Both the position numbers and the translations under genes were made by a program. This document shows positions 12,549-24,514 of a stretch of 30,934 nucleotides of DNA, piece after piece (the stretch's first letter is position 1; every line of letters begins with the position of its first letter). The DNA lies in the NCBI RefSeq assembly GCF_006345805.1, contig NW_021832475.1, positions 1 through 30,934 on the forward strand, written 5' to 3'. The stretch comes from Octopus sinensis. Lineage: Eukaryota. The notes below the pieces were generated by a model. The model made no database searches. It was not told the DNA's origin and saw nothing but the letters and a program-made list of their open reading frames with translations.

Positions 12549-12719
12549 TTGTGTATGTGTGTGTGTATGCGTGTGCGTGTGTGTGAGTGTGTGTATGTAT
12601 GTATCTATGTATGTATATATGTGTGTGTGTATGTGAGTGTGTGTGTGTATGTGAGTGTGTGTGTGTATGGATGTATGTAATTATATATACATATATGTAT
12701 GTGTTTATGTGTGTGTCAT

Positions 12720-12920
12720 TGTGTCTGTGTTTGTCTCTCACAACCGCCTGACAACCCTTGCTGGTGTATTTACTTCTCCATAAACTAGCGGTTCGGCAAA
12801 AGGAATCGATAGAATAAGTACCAGGCTAAAAGAATTGTACCGGAGTCCATTCATTCGACTAAAAATTCTTCAATGATGTGCTCTAGCTTGGCTGCAATCT
12901 CACGATTGGAACAAGACGTA
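12720..12920 (+). mobile_element. SINE-A 3' half preceded by a (TA)/(TG) microsatellite (12514-12720)
   Basis: TGTCTGTGTTTGTC...TAGCGGTTCGGCAAAAG...CGATAGAATAAGTACCAGGCT. Confidence 0.7.
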
Positions 12921-13795
12921 CCCTGAGAAGGTAAAACAAAAATACAAATATACACATATACATGAGTCACAATGAAACACACATATTCAATAAACTCACG
13001 CACACATTGGAATTAACACCTACAAAACGTCATTAACCTTCTTGTTTTTGCTGCTACTACTGCTGGGTTTGTTGCTACTGTTGAGTTTTGTCGTTGCCGT
13101 TGCTGCTGTTGTTGTTGTTGTTGTTGTTAGACAGTTTGTCAAATTGGTTAATGCTTATTAGAAATTCTGACTTGAAAGTAACAAAATTCTACTGGGTAAC
13201 TAATGTCTCCTGACGTTTGAAAATTAATTTTCAACATTTCTGAAAAGATAAATGAAAATATAATTGTAATTCTTTGAACATAAAATAATTCCAAAATGTC
13301 TGCAAATGTCTTCGTATATAGATTACAAGTAATTATCTTCTTGTCAGTTTCGTTCGATCGTCGTTTATTTAGTCATTCCTTCGTTTCTTGCCCTTACACG
13401 TAAATCACCACCTCTACTCAACATCCAACCCGCCCTCCCCCTGATCATCGTCATTGTCGTCGCCGTCGTCATCATCATCGTCATCATCATCGTTATCATA
13501 ATATAGTTCTGTCTGTTCGTTAACATTTTCGAAACAACTTCTTTAGAAAGAAAATATTCAACAGTTTAACTATTCCTGTTTATATATATGTAAGTATACG
13601 TCAGCGTTTGTATGAATGCATATATATATACTCACATGCACATACACACATACACACACAGAATATATATATATTATATATATATATAATATATATATAC
13701 ACACCACACACAGACATATATATATATATATATAATATATATATGTATTTACATATATATATGTATTTACATATACAAACACACACACACACACA

Positions 13796-13829
<34 letters not shown>

Positions 13830-14055
13830 TAGATACATACATACCTACATACATGCATAAACACGCACACACACACATATATAATTTGTGTGTGCGTGTA
13901 TCTTTGAGTGTGTGTGAATAACTGTTTTTTTTTTACTTCACCACACAAATATAAACTTTCAACTTTGTTATTACAGTTCTTCAAGCTTACAAGCACATAT
14001 GTATCCATCACACATATAATCATGCATATAAACACGCACTTCCATTCGCACATGC

Positions 14056-14098
<43 letters not shown>

Positions 14099-14109
14099 CG
14101 TGTGCGTCC

Positions 14110-14440
<331 letters not shown>

Positions 14441-14459
14441 TGCATACGTGTGTGTGTAT

Positions 14460-17000
14460 CTAGCCATAGATAGAAATAGAGTAGAGGGTGAGCTAGTTAA
14501 GAAGCTAGAAGAGGCAATTAGAAGCGGCATCGCATCCGACGTTTTGGCGGCGAGGTTGGCCCTCGACCAACACTTCAACGCCAAACACGAAGGATGTGCT
14601 GTCAGAGCTAGGATGCGTGCTCTAAGGAACGAAGGTGTTGGAGCCGCGAGAAAGGCCCGGGTTGCAGAGGCGCAACAGGGCAACAAAGCCACCATTCGGT
14701 CACTGGTAGATGAACAGGGGCGCGAATTGCTCGAGCCAAGTAAAATGTGTGAGGCCTTTCAGCAGCATTTTGCCTGACTGTTCGGGACGAGTGGAGGGCA
14801 AGAACGTAGGGTGGACTTCAGTGCCTACCTACATAGCCTGCCACGACTCTCGACAAGAAAGGCAGGGTGCTGCGAAGGTGCCATCACGGCGGCGGAAGTG
14901 CAGGAAGCGATAGCAGAATGCTCGAGGGACAAATCACCGGGTTTGGATGGTCTACCCTACGAGTTTTACAATTGTATGCCAGACTTGTTTGGAGACGTCT
15001 TGGCAGCGGTATACTGCAACTGGCAGCAAAACGGGAACATACCCGGTTTTGTGAGCCGAGGAGCTGTAACTCTGCTGAAGAAAGATCCAAACAAGGGAAA
15101 CATTATAGATAACTTTAGACCAATCACGCTGCTTAATGCAGACCTGAAAATTTTGACAAAGGTGTTAGCCAAGAGGTTGGCGCTTGTCATCGAGAAACTG
15201 GTCGACAACGCACAAACGTGCGCCGTGCCGGGCCGGAGCATCCATGACAACCTCCATCTGATGCGCTACATCATAGACAGGGTAGTTAACGAACCTGGCA
15301 TGGGTGGGGCCCTGATCAACTTGGATCAATCGAAAGCCTTTGATAGGGTAGACCATCGATACTTGGAGGCAGTCCTGAAAGCGGCTGGTTTCGGTCCCGT
15401 CTTCCGCGGCTGGATAGCTGCCTTGTACAGAGGCATCCGTTCGGTAATTCGCGTAAATGGACATCTATCGAGACCTTTCGACATTGCACGTTCGGTCCGT
15501 CAGGGATGCCCCCTCTCGGCGCTTCTATACGTATTGACTCTTGAGCCACTACTGCGGAAGCTGGCGACTCTAAGGGGCATCCCGCGAGAATTGGGATGCG
15601 GGACGAGCGTGTCTGCATACGCGGACGACGTCACCGTCATAGTGTCAAGCCACGAGCACATCGAGCGGGTCGGCGAGACACTGAAAGACTACGAAGCGGT
15701 GACAGGAGCAAAAATCAACCGGGAAAAGTCAGTGGGCTGCGGCTCGGCACCTGGAGAAGCAAGCCCATGCCGTCCACCAGTACCTCCGTCGTGGGACGCT
15801 GGACAGACGGCCCGGTTGAGTTGCTTGGGGTCTGGTTCGGTCCGGACCTCCAAATGGAGAAGAACTGGAACGAGATAACGAGTAGGGTGGTCACTCACGC
15901 CCAGCAATGGGCCGAGAGGAAACTGTCCCTAAAAGGTCGGGCGGAGGTGGTAAACGCGTACATCGCGTCCATCATCTACTACCGCCTGACCGTCGTACCT
16001 GTCCCGACCCTACCATCACCAAACTAGAACGCATCTCTTCCGCTTCTTGTGGAAAGGATGCGTCCCGATGGTCAGGCGATCCATTTGCTGTCAACACCCG
16101 TTAAAAGGAGGGCTGGGCATGCCGTGGTTGATGATGCGCAGACACGCGCTGAGACTGCGACATCTCCGGCTCTATGTAGACGACGGTGAACAGGTGTGGT
16201 CGCCGTTTGTGAGGCACGCATTCCCGCAACTCGTCTCCATGACCGAACTACAGTCGTGGATCAAAAAGAGGCCGAGGAAGGGCGAATGGCACCGCGAGTG
16301 TCGCGTTGCTCTCAAGCAACTCTGCCGTCCCGGGTCGACCTTGAGTGACTTCAACACAACCAAAGCATTCTATAGGGGATTAGTGGAGGGGAGGTACGAC
16401 GACGAGCTCGGGGCAAACCTGGGCGTCGACGAGGAATACTTGACCCGCCTGTTTCAAACGACTTTCGGCCCGGGACCTATGGACAACTTCCAGAGATCCC
16501 TGGCCTGGCGGTGCTACCGAGAAGCGCTACCCGTTCGGGATAAGCTCTATAGGTATGGCTCGAGAAACACGGGGCCGACCTGCCCGAGATGCGGGCAGAG
16601 CGACGAAACCGCTCTGTATGCAATCGTGCAGTGTCCAGCAATTTCCGACCTGTGGGCTTATGTCGAACGACTGCTGTCACGTGTGGGACGTGTCGGTTTA
16701 TCAGCCGAGTCTATCGTTAATATCGTCACGCCTCCTTCCTTCAAACGGGAAGGAAGGGTTTTTTTTATCATACTTGTGGCTATGGCGAAAGAATGTATCT
16801 GGTGGACGCACCTGAAAGGATTAGAGACAAACACTTTCCTCTCTGGTCAATCTCTCATCAACTTCTTCAAGTATCACTTGAAGAGGAAAGTGAGAGTAGA
16901 GAGGCAAGTTTTGTCTAGTGAATGTTTTAAAAAAAGATGGGTGAATGTAGCAAGGATGGCACGTATGAATGACGACGCCACCTCGACTATGATTCTATGA
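14460..17000 (+). pseudogene. LINE ORF2 remnant (reverse transcriptase)
   Basis: KSPGLDGLPYEF, NFRPITLLNADLKILTKVLAKRL, LDQSKAFDRVDH, SVRQGCPLSALLY, AYADDVTV, KLSLKGRAEVVN, CPRC-x8-Y(H)-x4-C. There is an in-frame TGA at 14775-14777 and 1-nt frameshifts at about 15737, 16000 and 16035. Confidence 0.9.
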
Positions 17001-17430
17001 ACCGTAAAAATTAATACAGAGAGTTGCTTATTTGCAAAAAAAAAAAAAAAGAAATACAACATGTGACTTCATTGACCGAGGTTACCGTGGTCTTTTCCGT
17101 AGGCTTTTCTTTCCACGGGTAAACCTCACCTGTCCTCCCCTTTACACTTCATATTGACATTTCTGTGATAACGATCCCTATTGATTAATTTTTTTTCCTC
17201 TCCCCCTTTTTTTAACCCCCCCTTTTTTGTCCTCTTTCTCTCCTTTTACGATCCCTTTTGATCGACCCCCCCTCTTTTTTTTATTCAAAAATTTTTTTTT
17301 TATTTTTATTTTTATTTTTATTTTTTATTATTATTATTATTATTTTTTTTTTTTTTACCTTCAAAAGAAAAGCTCTACCTTGTAATTTGTTCTATCTGTG
17401 TGCAGCCCTGTGTGGCTAATAAAGAAACAT
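14460..17430 (+). mobile_element. 5'-truncated Tx1/L1-clade non-LTR retrotransposon (RT, CCHC-like C-terminus and 3' UTR; no endonuclease or ORF1)
   Basis: GC-rich block amid AT-rich DNA. It ends AATAAAGAAACAT followed by (ATCT)n. The clade call rests on the RT motif style and C-terminal layout. Confidence 0.8.
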
Positions 17431-17495
17431 ATCTATCTATCTATCTATCTGTCTAGCTATCTATCTGTCCATCTATCTAACAATCTATCTATCTA

Positions 17496-17550
<55 letters not shown>

Positions 17551-17555
17551 GTCTG

Positions 17556-17596
<41 letters not shown>

Positions 17597-17600
17597 ACCT
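17431..17600. repeat. (ATCT)n array directly after the LINE 3' end
   Basis: Direct inspection. Confidence 0.95.
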
Positions 17601-17698
17601 TTCTGTGTATATATGTGTGTGTGTGTATAATTCTATAGCTATCTGTGTACCTATCTGTCTATAGAAAGATAGACAGACGGACAGATGAACAGATAGAT

Positions 17699-17740
<42 letters not shown>

Positions 17741-18130
17741 GGGGGGAGAGAAAGTGAAATGAAAGATGTTGCTTTCTCGGTTGATAACAACATTGTTGAC
17801 ATTTCGGTCCGACTAAGTTTTAACCTTGTATGCATAAGATAGTGAAAAATTGTAATAGATGATGCTAAATTATAGAGACATAAATTAGAATACAAAGAGA
17901 CAATTCATATAAATTAAAATGATTATATTCGTCTAACGATATCGCACGTTGCCAATATTATATTCGTATCAACTATAAGAGTAATACCTTTATTAATATG
18001 GGAAACATTTAAATGTTTCCTCCTGCTTGCAGTTACTGACAAACCTTACACTATGGAAGACTGAATGCTATTAAATGCGTTGGTCCCGGCTGGATTGCTC
18101 GAAGGCTGACTTGAAATTAAACAACATCAT

Positions 18131-18418
18131 AGAGGCTTAGAGGTTAAGGTATTCGGTTCACGATGGTGAAATCACGAGTTCGGTTTCCGGTGAGGCGGTA
18201 TGTCCTTGAGCAAGACACTTTATTTCCCGTTGCTCCAGTTCACTCAGCTGCCAAACATGAGTAGTACCTGTATTTCAAAGGGCCAGCTTTGTCACATTCT
18301 GTATCATGCTAATTCTTAAACTCTCGCGTGTCTGTGGTGTGCACAGCCTAGTGCACATTAATTTCATGGGCAGGTGTTCTAATGAACAGATCAAGTGGAA
18401 CCGTCCTCGACGTACCCG
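18131..18418 (+). mobile_element. SINE family C, older degenerate copy
   Basis: Collinear with the reverse complement of 71-401 (TGTCCTTGAGCAAGACACTTTATTTC...TATTTCAAAGGG...GCACATTAATTTCA). Confidence 0.8.
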
Positions 18419-18558
18419 AGGAGCGTATATATATGCGCATATATATCTTGTATATATATATATATATATATTTATATAAATCCGCGCTGCATCTATATAT
18501 ATATATACATATATATGTACATACATACATACATACCTACATACGTACATACATACAT

Positions 18559-18593
<35 letters not shown>

Positions 18594-18844
18594 AGACACA
18601 TCTATATGTATTCTTTACCGACCTGTAATCACACACTACACACACACTACACACGCGCGCGAGTGCGCACACACATATGTACTTATATAGCCAAATACGT
18701 GAAGAGACTGTCTGGATAGTGGTGAGACCAATTTCATCATCAGTAGGTTATGATTATGTCAGCACAGTAAGTAAATATACTTATCATTGTTCTGGTCAGC
18801 AACAAAGAGCACACACGTAGCTAAAAATACAACACTACAATGGC

Positions 18845-19325
18845 GGCAGTGATGATGATGATGATGATGATGTTGATGTTGATGATGATGATGATTATGA
18901 TGATGATGATGATGATGATGAAGAGAACGAAGGACAAGACAAAATTTGATGATGAGGAGGAGAAGGAGGAGAAGGACGAAGTAGAAGAGAATGAAGATGA
19001 TGGTGAAGAAGAGGAGGAGGAGAGGGGAGGATTTGTGGGGCAAGAAGAAAATGAAAATGATGAGGATGATGAAGACGAGGAGGTGGAAGATGTGGTGAGT
19101 AAGACGAGGAGGAAGAAAACGAAGATAACGATAATGATGATGATGATGATGATGAGGAGGAGGAGGAGGTGGAGGAAGAAAATGAAGATGATGATGATGT
19201 GGAGGAGGAGGAAGAACAAGAGAATGAAAATGATAATGATGAAGAGCAACAGCAAGAAGAGTAGCAACATGAACATTAACCAGAGCAACAAAAACAAGAC
19301 TAACGGCAGCAATAGTAATATTGTT
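18845..19325. repeat. long compound trinucleotide array (GAT/GAG/GAA/AAC/AAT)
   Basis: Continuous period-3 low-complexity sequence, which explains the three overlapping long ORFs here. Confidence 0.85.
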
Positions 19326-19331
19326 TTCTAA

Positions 19332-19540
19332 TTGTGGCACAAGGCCAGCAATTTCGAGGAATGGGATAAGTCAATAATTATTTCGGCCTTAGTACTTTAT
19401 TGGCACTGATTTTATCGACTTCGAAAGGATAAAAAGCAAAGTCAGCCCCAGCGGAATTTGAACTCAGAACGTAAACACAGAAGCAATACTTGTAGGGGTG
19501 TTGCCCGGCGTGCTAACGATTCTACCAAGTTCTCCGCCTT
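19332..19540 (-). mobile_element. SINE family B, full head, type-1 tail
   Basis: GCGGAATTTGAACTCAGAACG and CCCGGCGTGCTAACGATTCTACC. The tail reverse complement reads AAATTGCTGGCCTTGTGCCACAA. Confidence 0.8.
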
Positions 19541-19969
19541 CAAAGATAGTAACGTTGACGGTAAAAGGAATAAAGTGAAGACAAATGTATACAATTGTCT
19601 TGTAAATACACTAAGAGACGTTATTAAAATCAACGCCAATTATATCAAGAACAACTACAGTAAACAATTTTTAATTGTCACTTCAGCAACAACAAAAACT
19701 ACAACAACAACAACAAAAACAAACACAACAACAACAACAAAAACAGAAGCAGCATTAATGACATTCGCAACACAAAAGAGTAGACAAAATAAACAAGTAT
19801 AAAAATTACATCACAAGGATAAGAGCAAGTGCAATGAATTTAGCAATGGTTACAAACATGGCCGATAACACGGATTAACAGACATAATTGAGATGGTGCC
19901 AAAGTTCACAGTTTTGAGTTGAGATATTTCGGTCTGTATTATTTATTTATTTATTGATTTGTTTATGGT

Positions 19970-20362
19970 TTTAGTTGTCAGAGCTTGGACTGCGGTTATG
20001 TTGGCACAGGTTTTGAAAGATTTTTCTGTCGAAAAATAAACGGATACTAGTTCTTTTTCGGGTACTCTTTGTTGAACTGAACTGGAAAGTCATAGGAATG
20101 GAATTAAAGCGGGTGGGGAGGAGAAACACAGACCCTAGTACACACACACATATACAAAAGCGCGCACATACATACAAACACTCACACACTCACATACTAA
20201 CAAACATATTCACACACACAAACACACACATACCATGGGCTTCCACGCTGTTTCCATTTTCCATATTCACTCACAAACCTATAGTATACAAATCTTTCAG
20301 GAGGTGCTATGCTGCGGGACTTGTGTTTGCAATTCAAGCTTCTTAACCACACAGCTATACCC
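19970..20362 (-). mobile_element. old degenerate SINE-A
   Basis: GACTGCGGTTATGTTGG, GAGAAACACAGAC, ATTCACTCACAAA, AAGCTTCTTAACCACACAGC. Confidence 0.55.
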
Positions 20363-20609
20363 GAGACACATTTCCCCACCGCCACACTACACATAAACAC
20401 ATACACACATACTCATGCGTATGAAACATACTTGCAGCTACTCTACCCTGATAACAACTTCAGATTTATGTCCGTACATATTGGATCACAAGAATATGCA
20501 AGAAACAACACCAGCAAAAAACCTTGAGAATTAATGGTCTCAAGCCCAGAAAGGAGAACGCTACTTAGAAGATTCCAGATGGAAGCCAATCAATGGAACA
20601 GTGGCAATA

Positions 20610-20827
20610 TACTCTTTAATCTTTACTCTTTTACTTGTTTCACTCATTTGACTGCGGTTATGCTGAAGCACCGCCTTTAGTCGAGCAAATCGATCCCAGG
20701 ACTTATTCTTTGTAAGCCTAGTACTTATTCAATTGGTCTCTTTTGCCGAACCGCTAGGTTACGGGGACGTAAACACACCAGCATCAGTTGTCAAGCGACG
20801 TTGGGGGGACAAACATACACACACACA

Positions 20828-20902
<75 letters not shown>

Positions 20903-21061
20903 TACGACGGGAGTCTTTCAGTTCCGTCCCCAAATCCACTCACAAGGCTTTGGTCGGCCCGAGGCTATAGTAGAAGACACTTGCCCAAGGTGCCACGCAG
21001 TGGTACAGAACTCGTAACCATGTGGTTGGTAAGTAAGCTACTTACCACACAGCCACTCATG
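20610..21061 (-). mobile_element. SINE family A, full length, internal (TA)n
   Basis: Close reverse-complement match to 24515-24955. Confidence 0.9.
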
Positions 21062-21139
21062 TAAAACTTTCTAAACATTCAGTATATAGGTACATAAGCA
21101 TATATCTAGATATGTAACTATATACCTGAGAATGCTTTT

Positions 21140-21532
21140 TTCTTCTACTTGTTTCAGTCATTTGACTGCGGCCATGCTGGAGTACCTCCTTTAGCCAAAC
21201 AAATCGACCCCAGAACTTATTCTTTGTAAGCCTCGTACTTATTCCATTGGACTCTTTTACCGTACCTCTAATTTACGGGGACGTAAACACACCAGCCTCA
21301 GTTGTCAAGTGATGGTGGAGGACAAATACAGACACACAAATACATACACACACGCACACACGCGCACACGCACACACTTATAGGACGGGCTTGTTTCAGT
21401 TTCTGTCTAACAAATCCACTCACAAGGCTTTGGTCGGCTTGAGGGTTCAAATAGAAGACTCTTGACCAAGGAACTGAACCCGGAACCATGTGGTTCGGAA
21501 GCAAGCTTGTTACCACACAGCAACTCCTGCGC
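21140..21532 (-). mobile_element. SINE family A, full length
   Basis: TTGTTTCAGTCATTTGACTGCGGCCATGCTGG ... ACCACACAGCAACTCCTGCGC. Confidence 0.9.
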
Positions 21533-21944
21533 AAAAAAAAAAAGTCATAGACATCTGTACATGCACGTACACACACAAACATCCACAAACATTGCAGTTT
21601 GTAATTCCATCGAAAAATCCTTGGAACTAGGATAGGAACGGTGTCTCATTTCATTGCCAAGAAATATTGAAGTGAAATTAAAGATTATACATACATAAAC
21701 ACGAGTGCAAGCTCCAATTGAGAAATGTCTAAATATATATAAAATGTTATTAATTGATAATGCTCAACTGATTGTTATTATTATTCTTGTCATTGATGGT
21801 GTTTTTGTTTCACCGAAGAGCAATGAAGTTCGAGCAGGTCAATAACGATTTCAGTTATGATCGTTCCATCTTAATTTACGCAATAATTACAGAGCCACAA
21901 CGTCCTAAAATTTTCTTTGGCCTGTAAACGAGGAGCAGAGTTCA

Positions 21945-22323
21945 TACACTTTTACTCTTTTACTTGTTTCAGTCATTTGACTGCGGCCATGCTGGAGCAC
22001 CGCCTTTAGTCGAGCAAATTGACCCCGGGGCTTATTCTTTGTAAGCCTAGTACTTATTCTATCGGTCTTTTTGCCGAACCGCTAAGTTACGGGGACGTAA
22101 ACACACCAGCATCAGCTGTCTAGCGATGTTAGGGGGACAAACAGACACACAAACATATACACACACATGCACATATATATACGTATATGCCACGGTCTTC
22201 TTTCAGTTTCCGCTTACCAAATCCACTCACAAGGCTTTGGTCGGCCCGAGGCTATAGTAGAAGAAACTTGCCCAAAGTGCCACTCGGTGGGACTGAACCA
22301 GAAACCATGTGGTTCACGAGCAA
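21945..22323 (-). mobile_element. SINE family A, head truncated
   Basis: Same body and tail, ending in the B-box region GGGACTGAACC. Confidence 0.85.
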
Positions 22324-22508
22324 CAGCTATATTAGACTGCCGGTCTCAATTTGATTTCTACAAAACGGTGAATAGGTAAAATTGTTTTAAATGCAGATCG
22401 ATTATTAAACCATAACGACAGCTGTGATTGTAAAACATCGACGACGGCATAAATATTAAAACAAAAACAAATTCAGCAGAAACACCACCACCACCACCAC
22501 CACCACCC

Positions 22509-22542
<34 letters not shown>

Positions 22543-22945
22543 TAACAGCAGCAAACCATTAGCTACAATAACATCTAAGCAACGACACCATCTTTACATA
22601 AACAAATTATTAACATTAGAAATCTGTCATATATAAAATATTATTAAAAGTTTTGGTGGGCACTTAGCCAAGAGACAATTAAAACCACTGATTTTTCTTG
22701 AACTTTCCTTTTGTTGTGTCACCATCATCGTCGTGATTTTTGTCACTGTTATTGTTGTTGTTGTTGCTGTTGTTGTTGTCATTGCTATTACATCTATTGT
22801 TGTTGTTGTTGTTGTGGTTGTGGTTGTTGCTGCAATAAAGTTTTCATTTCCTAAAATATTTGGCAGTATCTAAAGGTGTGAAACACACTAAATATAACGT
22901 AGCCAAAATAAACAAAAATTAAACCACCACTCACTAACACACACA

Positions 22946-22992
<47 letters not shown>

Positions 22993-23266
22993 CATACGCA
23001 CAGAGACGATGGAGATGAAAACATGGAGGAAGTATGACAAGACAACATGATATTAGTAGAGGCGAAGTGCCAGGAATTTACTTCAATTTTTCAAATGTTC
23101 AGATATATCTGGCGAATACAATTCGCGAATTAAAATACTAAAACGTTATTAAGAACGTCGTAACACCAACAACGACAACAACAATAAAAACATCAGTGAC
23201 AACGTCGACGCTGCCGATGACGATACCATCATCCAAGACGAATAAGACGAAGATGATAATCTACTA

Positions 23267-24253
23267 CTTATTTCTTTATTGCCCACAAGGGGATATACAG
23301 AGATGGGACAAACAAGGACAGACAAAAGGATAACGTCAATCATATCGACACCAGTGCGTAACTGGTACTTATTTAATCGACCCCGAAAGGGTGAAAGTCG
23401 ATCATGACGGAATTTGAGCTCAGAACATTAGACAGATGAAATACCTATTTCTTTACTGCCCACCAGGGGCTACACACAGAGGGGTCAAACAAAGACTGAC
23501 AAGGGGATTAAGTGGACTACATCGACCCCAGTGCGAAACTGGTACTTAATATATCGACTCCGAAAGGATGAAAGACAAAGTCGGCCTCGGCGGAATTTGA
23601 ACGCAGAACCTAAAGACAGATGAAATACCGCTAAGCATTTCACCCGGCTAACGATGACGTTTCTTATTTCTTTACTGCCCACAAGGGGCTATTTACAGAG
23701 GTGACAAACAAGGACAGACAAACAGATTAAGTCTATTATATGGACGCCAGTGCGTAACTGGTACTTATTTAATCGACCCAGAAAGGGTGAAAGGCAAAGT
23801 CGACCTCGGCGGAATTTGAACTCAGAACGTGGCGGCAGACGAAATACCTGTTTCTTTACTACCCAGAAGGGTCTACACACAGAGGGGACAAACAAGTACT
23901 GACAAACGGATTAAGTCGATTACATCGACCCCAGTGCGCATCTGGTACTTATGTACTCGACCCCGAAAGGATGAAAGGCATAGTCGTCCTTGCCGGAATT
24001 TGAACTAAAAACGTAGAGACAGATGAAATACCGCTAACGATGACGTTTCTTATTTCTTTACTGCCCACAAGGGGCTATACACAGAGGTGACAAACAAGGA
24101 CAGACAAACGGATTAAGTCGATTATATCGACCCCAGTGCGTAACTGGTACTTATTTAATTGACCCCGGGATTTGATTGACGGCGGGATCAGAACTCGGAA
24201 CGTAACGGCAAACGAAATACCGCTAAGCATTTCGCCCGGCTAACGATGACGTT
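23267..24253 (-). repeat. tandem array of five head-truncated SINE-B units with a type-2 (LINE-like) tail
   Basis: Units at about 23267-23446, 23447-23655, 23656-23849, 23850-24041 and 24042-24247. Confidence 0.9.
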
Positions 24254-24514
24254 ATATATATATATATATATATATATTGTGTGTGTGTGTGTGTTGTGTG
24301 TGTGCGTGCATTTATATATACGCAGACGATTATAGAATGGGTATGGATACGCTAAGTTCGTATGTTTCTATTAGCTGTCTCTTTTTCCCTTTCCTCTAAA
24401 ATGTAATATCTCCCCGACCAGTCGTAGAAATCAAACCCGTACTCCAATATGACAGAAAATTTCGCGAAAAGCTGATGATATTTCAACGCTGCTCATCGTT
24501 TACATTATTACCAA

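Noticed and set aside
13217-13234. 18-bp palindrome TTGAAAATTAATTTTCAA
   Set aside because: It is almost all A/T and plausible by chance at this composition.
18759-19340. 163-193-aa acidic, poly-Met and poly-His ORFs
   Set aside because: A compound trinucleotide array that is open on both strands, with no domain content.
23267-24253. CRISPR-like or tRNA-gene array
   Set aside because: The units are about 190-bp contiguous SINE fragments with no unique spacers and no complete cloverleaf. The context is eukaryotic.
24464-24500. Other CTGANGA hammerhead-like seeds (about 8988, 18736 minus, 24466, 29553, 2834 minus)
   Set aside because: They lack a paired stem II followed by GAAA, NUH and a complementary stem I.
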